Below, piece after piece: positions 10,385-18,848 of a stretch of 24,910 nt of DNA. The notes beneath the pieces are model-generated. The model was not told where the DNA came from, did not search any database, and saw only the letters and a program-made list of their open reading frames with translations. The stretch lies in IMG/VR virus record IMGVR_UViG_3300018489_000004, positions 1 to 24,910 of that record. The stretch is one strand, 5' to 3'. A program made the translations under genes and the position numbers. The number at the start of each line of letters is the position of its first letter. Positions within the stretch are counted from its first letter, which is position 1. The DNA comes from a virus (Duplodnaviria > Caudoviricetes).

Positions 10385-12088
10385 TCAATCCACCAGAACA
10401 CTAGCATAAGCCGTTTCGTATGCTTGCAGGTTGAAATTTCTTGTGAAAACATTGGCAATTAGTGAAGATGTACTGCTTTTCAGATATAAAGCGACAACAT
10501 CGTTTTTATTCAACGTCAACGTAATATTTGCGGTCTGATAACTTGTTGATGTAGTTGTGTATTCGCTGCCAGACTGCACGTCATTCACTGTTATCTTTAC
10601 ATAACACGTCGTGCCTGTGTATTCTGACATATATTCAAAATATAAGTTATACGTTCCAGCTATATTAACTTTAATTTCTTTTTTCTTGACGTATGACGTT
10701 GAGGTTGTGCTTCTTTCTGTCGTGGCGGCAGATACCATTAGACCATAATGCGGTAGGTCTAATGGCTTGGCAGCAACCGGCGCAGGCGTAAATGACGATG
10801 CTTGCGATACCCATGCCGACCCGTTTGACGTCATTACGTTACCGGAGCTTCCCGGCGCAACGTTCGGCACATTAACCGAATCTTTAATCGCCTTTGGCGT
10901 AACTATTTTACTGTCGTCCGTTCCTGTCGCCACGTCGCTGCCGCTTGCCTTCACTTCCGACACAATGGCCGCAACGAGATTTGTCCATGTTATTTTTTTA
11001 AGAATTGACGATGCCTCTGAATCAGAAAAAGCAAATACGTCATTCGCAACCGGCGTCTTTGCCGTCGCGTTGGCTATCATGCTGCCTATGCTTTGCCGCG
11101 TTTCAAAAACCTTACGAACCGATCCGTCTATATACCGGAATATCGTCCTGTCCTGCGTGAGGTATATCTCCGTCGTGGAATACGCATACCCCAGAAGCAT
11201 ATAGTCATACCCGTCATCGCTTGTCGGAAGCTCTTGCGTCAACGGCGTCGTGCTAACAGGGGTAAACATAGTCCCCGATAGTGTGCCTTTAATGAATATC
11301 GGCGCATACGGCGTCAGCGTCATGTTTTGCGTAGTGGTAATAGTGAAGTAATAATACAAATAGGCGTTTGCCGCTGTTGATCCTGCCGATATAGATGTGT
11401 TTGCATATAATATCGGAAGGTTGATGTCAAAAGCATTTCCAGAATTAAGATGAAAATACCCGCTGGCCGTCCCGACGATAATATTGCCTAACGTAATGCT
11501 GCTAAATGCTTTTATGTCGCAATACATTCGTAACATATAAGCATCTGTGTCAGTATAATAATCAGATACGCAATGCCAGCCACCGCTTCCAGAATCAAGA
11601 GTCTGCTCATAGACAAATATATGTATATGTCCTAAAGTGCAGTAGGCCCCTTGTGAATTGTTGCCGTAATAGACTTTTTTCGCGCCAAGCGAATTGATAT
11701 TAAGCGTCGTGCTTGAATTAGATGTTGCAGGCGGCTTTACAGCTATCGTCAGGCCGGTGTAATAACTGGTTATCCCACCAACCGTTGCTGTCCATGTCGT
11801 TGCATCCCCGGTCGGAGTAACATAGAATAACGTGTTGGTTACTTTAGCCTTATCGGCGACAAATATATCAGATATAGACCCAACATCAAGCCATGCCGTG
11901 TTATCAGCGTTGCGGATTTTTAATTTATTGTTGGCCGTGTCATACCACAGCTGATAAGAGTAGGGCGTTGCCGGTTCTGTCGCGCCTGAACTCAATGTTG
12001 CAAGAGCCTTCAGCGCGTCATTTATAGCCGCGCGCATTGTTGTCCCGGTGTTAGCATCAGCGGTTGCTATGTCGAAATCATGTTGCAT
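10385..12088 (-). CDS. Tail fibre / receptor-binding protein 2
   Basis: 567 aa, Thr/Ser-rich. N-terminal MQHD..WYDT..IRNA.NTAW anchor shared with 12574-13545; fibre motifs GTDDSKIVTPKAI and VAPGSSGNVMTSNG. Confidence 0.8.
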   Translation of the reverse strand: MQHDFDIATADANTGTTMRAAINDALKALATLSSGATEPATPYSYQLWYDTANNKLKIRNADNTAWLDVGSISDIFVADKAKVTNTLFYVTPTGDATTWTATVGGITSYYTGLTIAVKPPATSNSSTTLNINSLGAKKVYYGNNSQGAYCTLGHIHIFVYEQTLDSGSGGWHCVSDYYTDTDAYMLRMYCDIKAFSSITLGNIIVGTASGYFHLNSGNAFDINLPILYANTSISAGSTAANAYLYYYFTITTTQNMTLTPYAPIFIKGTLSGTMFTPVSTTPLTQELPTSDDGYDYMLLGYAYSTTEIYLTQDRTIFRYIDGSVRKVFETRQSIGSMIANATAKTPVANDVFAFSDSEASSILKKITWTNLVAAIVSEVKASGSDVATGTDDSKIVTPKAIKDSVNVPNVAPGSSGNVMTSNGSAWVSQASSFTPAPVAAKPLDLPHYGLMVSAATTERSTTSTSYVKKKEIKVNIAGTYNLYFEYMSEYTGTTCYVKITVNDVQSGSEYTTTSTSYQTANITLTLNKNDVVALYLKSSTSSLIANVFTRNFNLQAYETAYASVLVD

Positions 12089-12560
12089 TCTTCTTCTTGG
12101 CCTCCATCGCGTAATACATGATTGTATTCAAGTCTATGTTCTTCAATTCTTCTTGTGTCTTGCATGCCTCAAAAAGAGGGCTGGCCGGAGCGTCGCGCAA
12201 CATTTGTTTTTTTTCGGCTATAGAATTAGCAAGCGCGCTATCGCCTTTTTCAAGAGCCTTCATAAATTCTGTGTCCAGCCTCTTTAATTCAGCGTTGCGC
12301 TCGCGCCGGATGTTGTTACGCTGAATTTCAATCGCTTTTTCCATATTGACCTTGATTCGTTGAGACGCATTTTTGCGCGTGTTTACTTCCCAAGCGTCGC
12401 GAAAATGCCTGTCTGTCGGTATATCGTCGTCATTAACGACCCAATATTGCACACCTTCAGGAATATCCTTTTTTATGACATGTTCAAGCGTCAAGCCTTC
12501 TGTCAAAACAGGGTGCAAAATTGAGATTCCACCTTCTTGATTAACGAATACAACCTTCAT
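12078..12560 (-). CDS. Tail fibre assembly chaperone
   Basis: Motifs KDIPEG..YWV, DIPTDRHFRDAW, R.ERN..L..LD..FMKALE, KQMLRDAP are typical of fibre chaperones encoded directly after fibre genes. Confidence 0.75.
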   Translation of the reverse strand: MKVVFVNQEGGISILHPVLTEGLTLEHVIKKDIPEGVQYWVVNDDDIPTDRHFRDAWEVNTRKNASQRIKVNMEKAIEIQRNNIRRERNAELKRLDTEFMKALEKGDSALANSIAEKKQMLRDAPASPLFEACKTQEELKNIDLNTIMYYAMEAKKKNAT

Positions 12561-12573
12561 ATTTCCTCCTCTT

Positions 12574-13545
12574 TTATCTCAAAAACGCGACACTCACATA
12601 AGCGGAATCGTAATGAGTAAAATATGACTCAGCGGCGCTACTGTCTATTTCAACGGATATTTGGCAGTTCGTCGTGGACGGCGTTGACCCAGACCTCATT
12701 GCCACCATCGCAATAGGATTATAAGACCCAGAATACGTTGGCCCTCGCGCAGAACCCATTAGACAGTAATTTGCGTCCGGCATCGCGTTGGTGAAATTAA
12801 CCGTGTAATAACCGACACCGTTATCTATGATTGACGACACATTAAAAGACCCGCGAATTGATACCGTTTCAGTTCCGTCAAATAACACCCATGCCTTGAC
12901 CTTCTGAATAGCAGTATGAGCACTCGTGTCGCTATTATGCGTTGATATGTCAGAGTCTATTTCATTGCGTATGGCTTCATGCGCGCTTGCGTTGGAATTA
13001 TGACTACTGATAGCGTTGCTAACATCGCTGCTACATATCATCGGACCGGCCACAAGCTGGTAATTTGCGCCGTCATAGACAACCGTAACAATGACACCGC
13101 TTTGAATATCTCCGGCCTCTAAATTGCTCGAACCGTTTTTCTTAATTGTCTTTGTTGTCAGACTGTTGATTGTAATCGTGGATGACCCCGTATTTGTTGA
13201 CGCCGCCTTGAACGATATTGGCATCCCAGCCACATGACTCGTCGGCGTGGGCGTTAGAGAAATCATGTATCCGTTCTGCGTTCCAATATCATCTGCATAT
13301 TTATTGGCTACCGGGAAAATGCCCGCGCTAACCGTTCCGACCGCAATCCAGGCTGTGTTGGTTGCATTGCGAATCCATAGCATATCGTTTTCCGTGTCAT
13401 ACCAGAACTGGCCGCCATAGGTTACTGACGGCGCATTTCCTCCTGCGTTATTGGACGCCAACGACTGTAGAGCTGTATTGACTGCCGCCCTGAATTGCTT
13501 CCCGGTCTTAGCATCATCGGTTGTGATTTCATAATCGTGCTGCAT
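12574..13545 (-). CDS. Tail fibre / receptor-binding protein 1
   Basis: 323 aa with the shared N-terminal anchor, HN....AH repeats and C-terminal KAWVLFDG...SFNVSSIIDNGVGYYTVNF...PDANY tip domain. Confidence 0.8.
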   Translation of the reverse strand: MQHDYEITTDDAKTGKQFRAAVNTALQSLASNNAGGNAPSVTYGGQFWYDTENDMLWIRNATNTAWIAVGTVSAGIFPVANKYADDIGTQNGYMISLTPTPTSHVAGMPISFKAASTNTGSSTITINSLTTKTIKKNGSSNLEAGDIQSGVIVTVVYDGANYQLVAGPMICSSDVSNAISSHNSNASAHEAIRNEIDSDISTHNSDTSAHTAIQKVKAWVLFDGTETVSIRGSFNVSSIIDNGVGYYTVNFTNAMPDANYCLMGSARGPTYSGSYNPIAMVAMRSGSTPSTTNCQISVEIDSSAAESYFTHYDSAYVSVAFLR

Positions 13546-15026
13546 TATCTTATACCTCCGACCTCATAGTTAATGCTCAATGACGCAAGTTCGATCGGCC
13601 CGTCAACAGACTCATTGCTAAAGATAAGCCTCATCAAGCTGCCCTTTCCGAACAATGGGATTCTAATTGTCTCGTAAGGCAGAACAGGCCCGTCGAGTGG
13701 ATTCAGCGCGTCAAAATCATCTACATTGTCCAATTCGATAGTTTTTGCGCCCAAACGATATTGCGTAATATTTTCAGGCATGGCTTCGCGGAAATCGTAT
13801 TCCGATTGAATGTCAATCACGGCCTCCGATTGCATATTGTGAGATAATTCAAGCACTTTGGGATACCCAACCAGATTCGTTTTCCCTCCTAATCTAAACC
13901 ATGCCGTTTTCCATATACATTTCGGCGCGACGCCGTTGAAATCATATCCTTCATCATACTTATACAAGTAACCAGTTCCCGGAATATAAAGCGCATTGCC
14001 GCACAAATTCAGCCCCTTCGCGTCCGCCCCAACAATCCGAAACCACGCATCCCAGATATAGCTATACCCGTAAATCGTATTCCCGATTAAAAAGAGCAAC
14101 CATCCGTATTTCGGATAGTGCGCTCCGCCAATAAGTGTTGACGAACTGACTCCGCTAATGACCGGACGTAAGACTTGTTCAATGTTTTTCGATAAAATGT
14201 TTGCCTTTATGTTTCCCGACTGCGCGGCCTTCGTTAGTCTCGTAACGCCGTCATCCGTAAGAATAGCAACGTCCGTCCCAAATGGAATTGTGAGATCAGT
14301 TCCCAGAGCGCCGATTCCATCAATTAGCTGCACAATGGAAAAATCCGCATACGTGCCTGAAGGAGTCATCCCGGAATAGATGGCAATATGCCGCTTAAAG
14401 ACAAATACTATCAGGTCAATATAGGTAAGAATATCTACCAACTCATCGCCTTCCTTGAGAACATACTTAAAGTCAATGTAGCCCGAACCCGTCCCTGTGT
14501 AATCTTCCGGCGCATTAAGAGCAGAGTGATATGCTATCATCTTGTCGCTTCGCGCGATCATCCAGACGCGGTTTTTGTGAACATGTGATTTAAAGGCCGT
14601 TTCAGGCGGCGACCCGCCAAGATTTGATACCGTCGTGCCGTCGTATTTCATCGGCTGGTTCACGCCGTTCGTCATAATCACAATGTCATTTATCTGCGAA
14701 AAACGAACTTTGGCGGACACGTCCAAATTTGTTTTGATTTCCGTTAGCGCGTTTCCAGTTACCTTGAATATCTTTCCACCACCAGAACAGAGTAATTGAG
14801 AAGTGCCGTTCGATTTGGTGTATAAAAATACGCTGTTCAACGTTTCGCTAATCAGTGTCGAGTTAATGGCCTTGTAACCCTTTACTTTTGTTATCAGTCC
14901 ATTCTCGCCCGGATAGAAATTCTGGAGTAACGTCGCGTATTTCGTCGGCATCATTGACACAGGGAAACAAGACGCCTCGCCACCGCTGACATCGAATATA
15001 GATATGTTAGCAAGTTTGCCGCCCAT
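13545..15026 (-). CDS. Tail nozzle / packaged DNA stabilisation protein (P22 gp10 / T7 gp12-like)
   Basis: 493 aa with N-terminal GG...LQNFYP..G...K.KG pattern and beta-propeller-like repeats; follows the adaptor gene. Confidence 0.7.
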   Translation of the reverse strand: MGGKLANISIFDVSGGEASCFPVSMMPTKYATLLQNFYPGENGLITKVKGYKAINSTLISETLNSVFLYTKSNGTSQLLCSGGGKIFKVTGNALTEIKTNLDVSAKVRFSQINDIVIMTNGVNQPMKYDGTTVSNLGGSPPETAFKSHVHKNRVWMIARSDKMIAYHSALNAPEDYTGTGSGYIDFKYVLKEGDELVDILTYIDLIVFVFKRHIAIYSGMTPSGTYADFSIVQLIDGIGALGTDLTIPFGTDVAILTDDGVTRLTKAAQSGNIKANILSKNIEQVLRPVISGVSSSTLIGGAHYPKYGWLLFLIGNTIYGYSYIWDAWFRIVGADAKGLNLCGNALYIPGTGYLYKYDEGYDFNGVAPKCIWKTAWFRLGGKTNLVGYPKVLELSHNMQSEAVIDIQSEYDFREAMPENITQYRLGAKTIELDNVDDFDALNPLDGPVLPYETIRIPLFGKGSLMRLIFSNESVDGPIELASLSINYEVGGIR

Positions 15027-15664
15027 TAAATCGCCTCAATCATATCGCCCCAATTACTTTCTCCCTGATTATTTCCAATCAGGGAATACTTCGATTGAAA
15101 CAGCGACAATGCCGCCTGATAATCCAACCCTTCGGCTTCCGTCGCAAGAAACATAGCAGCTAAAAACAATGTATCCTCATCCAGCATGATTTCATCACTA
15201 TCGTTCACGAGCTTTTTCGGCTTGATTAATGCTTCAACGGAAATGGTATAAGTCTTATCAGGGGTAGGGCAGACCTCGATAATCAACGAACCGCCTTCGC
15301 GCGCATAATGCCTGTAACAAATAGGCATCCCCAAATTGCCGCCCTGATATGCCTTGTAGTCCCGAAACTCACTATCCTGAAGTTTTGTCAATTCGCCGTA
15401 ACTTCCGATCCTCAAAGACCTCACCACATCTATCTCGCAGTCGTTGACGCCTGTTATTGCGTATATGGCATTATTGTATTCCGTGTCGAACTCCCCGTAA
15501 ATTTTCAGTTCGTCCCACACATAAGCCTCTGGCAATAAATTCCTTTGTGCGTTGTTCAGGCATTCGAGCATTAATTTAGCGTGCGGCTCTGTAACGCGTT
15601 CCGCTTGCTGTAGCCTTAATTTAGCCTGCATCCGCCTGACCATTTCTAATGCTGTTGCTGCCAT
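15026..15664 (-). CDS. Head-to-tail adaptor (gatekeeper) protein
   Basis: 212 aa with helical N-terminus (TALEMV..L, LNNAQ), G.P..Y and PTPDKTY motifs; precedes the nozzle gene. Confidence 0.7.
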   Translation of the reverse strand: MAATALEMVRRMQAKLRLQQAERVTEPHAKLMLECLNNAQRNLLPEAYVWDELKIYGEFDTEYNNAIYAITGVNDCEIDVVRSLRIGSYGELTKLQDSEFRDYKAYQGGNLGMPICYRHYAREGGSLIIEVCPTPDKTYTISVEALIKPKKLVNDSDEIMLDEDTLFLAAMFLATEAEGLDYQAALSLFQSKYSLIGNNQGESNWGDMIEAI

Positions 15665-15673
15665 AATGCTCTC

Positions 15674-16264
15674 CTACATAATCTCGGCGTTTACGTTGTC
15701 TAACCTATCAACCGGCGCGCCATACACAAGACCAGATTTTTTCGTGTAAGCATTTCCGTTTATGCTGTTCTCTCTGGCATACTCGTTTTTCCTGACTTTA
15801 CTGCTTCGTCCGATGTCATACAAATATCTCCCGGCGCGATTGACCAGATTTTTAATGTCATACAGAACCTCATAGAAAACATCGGTGAGGTTTCTGACAT
15901 GATATTGAATCGAATAGACGGCCTGCGCCAACATTCGGACGATATAGGGCAGGGTGATATACCTTCCAACCAGCACGCGGCAATGATAGAGAAACGAATA
16001 CGCCCTATTGGTGAGTATTCTGATATGATAATTCAGGGATTCGGTAATATTGACAATCGCTCTGATATGATAATTCAGGGATTCGGTAATATTGACAATC
16101 GCGCGGACATTGTAATTAAGTGAAATAGGACAGGCTGCCAACTGTCTTATATTGTAAAGAAACACGTCAGACGTGTAAACCGGGATAGTGTTGCCCGTCA
16201 ATGTATCCCAGTTAGCCAAGCCGTCAATATTTGTAACATCATCGAAATAAGTATATTGCGGCAT
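15674..16264 (-). CDS. 14-residue-repeat protein, putative head fibre / beta-helical whisker
   Basis: Eight full Y-x-[IVC]-[RK] units with an exact 14-aa period plus a partial ninth. Confidence 0.55.
   Translation of the reverse strand: MPQYTYFDDVTNIDGLANWDTLTGNTIPVYTSDVFLYNIRQLAACPISLNYNVRAIVNITESLNYHIRAIVNITESLNYHIRILTNRAYSFLYHCRVLVGRYITLPYIVRMLAQAVYSIQYHVRNLTDVFYEVLYDIKNLVNRAGRYLYDIGRSSKVRKNEYARENSINGNAYTKKSGLVYGAPVDRLDNVNAEIM
16019..16102. repeat. Perfect tandem duplication, 2 x 42 bp
   Basis: TCTGATATGATAATTCAGGGATTCGGTAATATTGACAATCGC at 16019-16060 and 16061-16102, encoding AIVNITESLNYHIR twice. Confidence 0.95.
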
Positions 16265-16266
16265 TT

Positions 16267-16770
16267 CTATTCAGCGGTATCACCCTCAAATTGCAGCTCA
16301 AAGAAATTATCGTTGCGCGCCGCGCATGACGCTGGCACACTGCGTTTAATCCAAATCATATAAACTGCTCCCGGAGCAAGGTCGCCCAATGCTAACCCGG
16401 TCGCTTTAGACGAACAATCACCAAAAGTAATGCCGTCAGGAGCGGTGCTTTCATTTGCTACTGATTGCTTGCCGTCTCCGCCGGACGCTTCTTTGCCGAT
16501 TTGCACGGAATCGCCTCCCGGTGTATTCGTCTTAATCCACACATAGGCATTCTCAAGAGTGATTGACCCGTGCGTGTTCTTGACGTATATCGCCCGGTAT
16601 TCCGTATCCCCAGCCGCGCTTTCGTCGCCGGTAACTTTGTCAAACAGGTTATGCAAAGTGTTATTGGTGATTTCGGTTGTTGAGCAATATCCACCCAGCG
16701 ACAAATTCGGATTTGAGTTCTCTGAACCTCCGCTCAAGTAAAATTTTAAATCAGTGGATTGGATTGCCAT
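16267..16770 (-). CDS. Conserved phage virion protein (beta-rich), possible base for the adjacent repeat fibre
   Basis: Motifs DLKFYLSGG..N.NP..SLGG, NLFD.V.G.E...GD.EYR.IY.KN and IWIKR.VPA; SD AGGTGAG. Confidence 0.6.
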   Translation of the reverse strand: MAIQSTDLKFYLSGGSENSNPNLSLGGYCSTTEITNNTLHNLFDKVTGDESAAGDTEYRAIYVKNTHGSITLENAYVWIKTNTPGGDSVQIGKEASGGDGKQSVANESTAPDGITFGDCSSKATGLALGDLAPGAVYMIWIKRSVPASCAARNDNFFELQFEGDTAE

Positions 16771-16777
16771 AACTCAC

Positions 16778-17170
16778 CTATTCAATTACCTGAAAGGGAT
16801 ACCTCGGAGACTGATACGGCACTAACTCATTGCCGTTACCATCAGGTCGAGGAACTTGTTTGTATTGGGTAACGACAGCATCCCTCAATACCTTGACGAC
16901 ACTTTCCGGCACGGATACTGGATGATCGCGCTTGATAATGTAGGTATAACCGCATATACCGACAACAACGTCGTCTCGTTCAGATTCAGATGACGGAATG
17001 ATAATCTTGACCTTCTTCTGCTTTCTCAAAGAGTCCGAAATTTCCTTGATGTTATCATCAACACCTTCGTCATCACGCTTCACCACAACACCATTGCCAG
17101 CATCTTCTTTTCCAGCATCGCCATCAATAACTTCGTCTTTGTCTTTCTTGCGTTCTAACTTTTTATCCAT
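16778..17170 (-). CDS. Conserved hypothetical protein of N4-gp56-type head modules
   Basis: Acidic disordered N-terminus and KVKIII...V.VG..G..Y.IKR...V.VPE.V..VL..A core; strong SD AGGAGG. Confidence 0.6.
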   Translation of the reverse strand: MDKKLERKKDKDEVIDGDAGKEDAGNGVVVKRDDEGVDDNIKEISDSLRKQKKVKIIIPSSESERDDVVVGICGYTYIIKRDHPVSVPESVVKVLRDAVVTQYKQVPRPDGNGNELVPYQSPRYPFQVIE

Positions 17171-17192
17171 ATATCCGCCTCCTGTTTTTTGT

Positions 17193-17222
17193 ACAGGGGA
17201 AGGCTTTGTGGCCTTCCCCTGT
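17193..17222. terminator. 12-bp perfect stem-loop (terminator-like or mRNA-stabilising), lacking a U-tract on the sense strand
   Basis: ACAGGGGAAGGC-tttgtg-GCCTTCCCCTGT, directly after the capsid/decoration gene pair. Confidence 0.6.
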
Positions 17223-17230
17223 TAGTCATG

Positions 17231-17791
17231 CTAACCACGGATAGCCATGTAGCACACTGTTTCGTTGGCCGTGTTGAAATCGGCGTCCGTGCCTACCGAG
17301 AACCCGGCAGGCTTGCCATTAACGACAACGGCAATGCTGCCGGACAGAGATGAGCTGGCCGCCTTGTTCAGCGTCGCCGACGTTCCGCTTGCAATGGCCG
17401 TAATCGTGAACTCCTGACCGTCGGACAACCGGACGGTGTCGCCTACATCCAGCTCGGTGAGAAACTCCGTGCTTGATCCGGTCAGCGTCGCGCTGCCAGC
17501 AGTTACCGAAACCGTCCCAGTCAGCGTCGCACCAGCAGCCCGGCCCGCAAACGTGTAAATGCCGTTCGTAACCAAGTCGGATGACTTGTTTCCCGTTGAG
17601 CCACTATCCACAATGGCCTTTGTCTTCCACGCATATCCTTCTCCCATGCTGGCGAACCATTCACCAGTGGCATAAAGACCGCCACCGTCCTGAATGTTCA
17701 TAATCTTCACGTAGGAAGGGACAAACCCGCACGCGATATTGATCTTCGCGCCAGTCCCCTTAAATGTTCCGATTTTAACGTCTTTATACAT
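17231..17791 (-). CDS. Putative capsid decoration / minor head protein with an inserted beta domain
   Basis: Start reassigned to ATG 17791 behind GGAGG. G.F.GTG...NI.CGF.PSYVKI.N ... GF.VG....N...E...Y.A core; immediately follows the major capsid gene. Confidence 0.55.
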   Translation of the reverse strand: MYKDVKIGTFKGTGAKINIACGFVPSYVKIMNIQDGGGLYATGEWFASMGEGYAWKTKAIVDSGSTGNKSSDLVTNGIYTFAGRAAGATLTGTVSVTAGSATLTGSSTEFLTELDVGDTVRLSDGQEFTITAIASGTSATLNKAASSSLSGSIAVVVNGKPAGFSVGTDADFNTANETVCYMAIRG

Positions 17792-17842
17792 ATTCGTTAC
17801 CTCCAAGTATGCTTTAATTCGCAGCTCATTGCGCTACTGCGA

Positions 17843-18820
17843 TTATGCAGTCGTCGCAACTTCAAGACGAAGCACGCCAAGCTCGTAGAGAATGGCGGCC
17901 TCTGTGTAGCCCTTCCAGCCAATCGTGCCTATTTGAGCCAGCGGAGTAGTGGGCGTTGCCTGCGGATTCGCGATATAGGTCTTTGCTGCATTTTTCCCTG
18001 CCAGAGGCACAACGCCGTAAGAGTTCTTCGACACGATGAGAATCGGATAAACGTCGGCGTAAGTGCCGCTCGTGGACAGCATCGAACCTTTCGCTCCGCC
18101 AGCATCAGCCCACGCTTTCAGGTTGTTATCTTCAACAAACCTAAAAACGCCGCTTGTGCCAAGCTCACCGGGGATAACACCGTTACCGGACGCATACTGA
18201 TGAACCGCAGTCCAATCGCTCAACTGCTCCAGATCAAATTTCAGGTCGGAATGACAGAAGGCGATATAGGACGCCGCGATAGGAAAAGTCCCGATATTCG
18301 GTCCTCCAGTAATCCGTTCTTTGATAGTCTGCGCTCCGGCCCTCCGCAACGCACGCTCGGCCCGGCGGAGTATTGTTTTTGTAACGGCGGTGTTCACGTC
18401 GCTTCTCTGTGTCCCGTTTGCATACAGGACGTTCGTGCCCGCAAGCAATTTGCCGCAATGCACCAAATCGTAGGTATCAGCGGCCTGCTCTCCGAGCAGG
18501 TCTGTGAATTCCTGCAACTGCGGGTCTTCGTGCGTGTCCTGAATCACGTCGGTGTATTGGATGAAATCACCATACTGCTTCAGGATAGCCGTGATATCCG
18601 TGTAGGTCGGAGTCTTGCCGGTTGGAGATACGCCTTCCATCAGCGGGACAGTCGCCGGTTCGAGTCTGTTGTAGCGCCTGAACTTGATGGTCAGCGAACT
18701 GTTTTTCGGAATTGTCCGAATCTGCGCGAAAAGCGCTACGACGTTGTTGTTCTTTGCTCTTTCGAGCAATCTGCGATCCGCATACACCTGTGTTCGTGGG
18801 GAAATGTCAGAATAATTCAT
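17843..18820 (-). CDS. Major capsid protein, N4-gp56 family
   Basis: YSDISPRT, IPKN....IKFRRY, PL.EGV.P, LKQYG, TDVIQDTHEDP.L, LGEQAA, GELG...FRFV, DVYP and PL.Q.GTIGWK motifs. Confidence 0.9.
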   Translation of the reverse strand: MNYSDISPRTQVYADRRLLERAKNNNVVALFAQIRTIPKNSSLTIKFRRYNRLEPATVPLMEGVSPTGKTPTYTDITAILKQYGDFIQYTDVIQDTHEDPQLQEFTDLLGEQAADTYDLVHCGKLLAGTNVLYANGTQRSDVNTAVTKTILRRAERALRRAGAQTIKERITGGPNIGTFPIAASYIAFCHSDLKFDLEQLSDWTAVHQYASGNGVIPGELGTSGVFRFVEDNNLKAWADAGGAKGSMLSTSGTYADVYPILIVSKNSYGVVPLAGKNAAKTYIANPQATPTTPLAQIGTIGWKGYTEAAILYELGVLRLEVATTA

Positions 18821-18848
18821 GCTTGCCTCCTAATTGATAAAACCGAAC

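Noticed and set aside
16019-16102. Possible CRISPR or mini-array
   Set aside because: Units are directly adjacent with no spacers and are in frame with a protein repeat.
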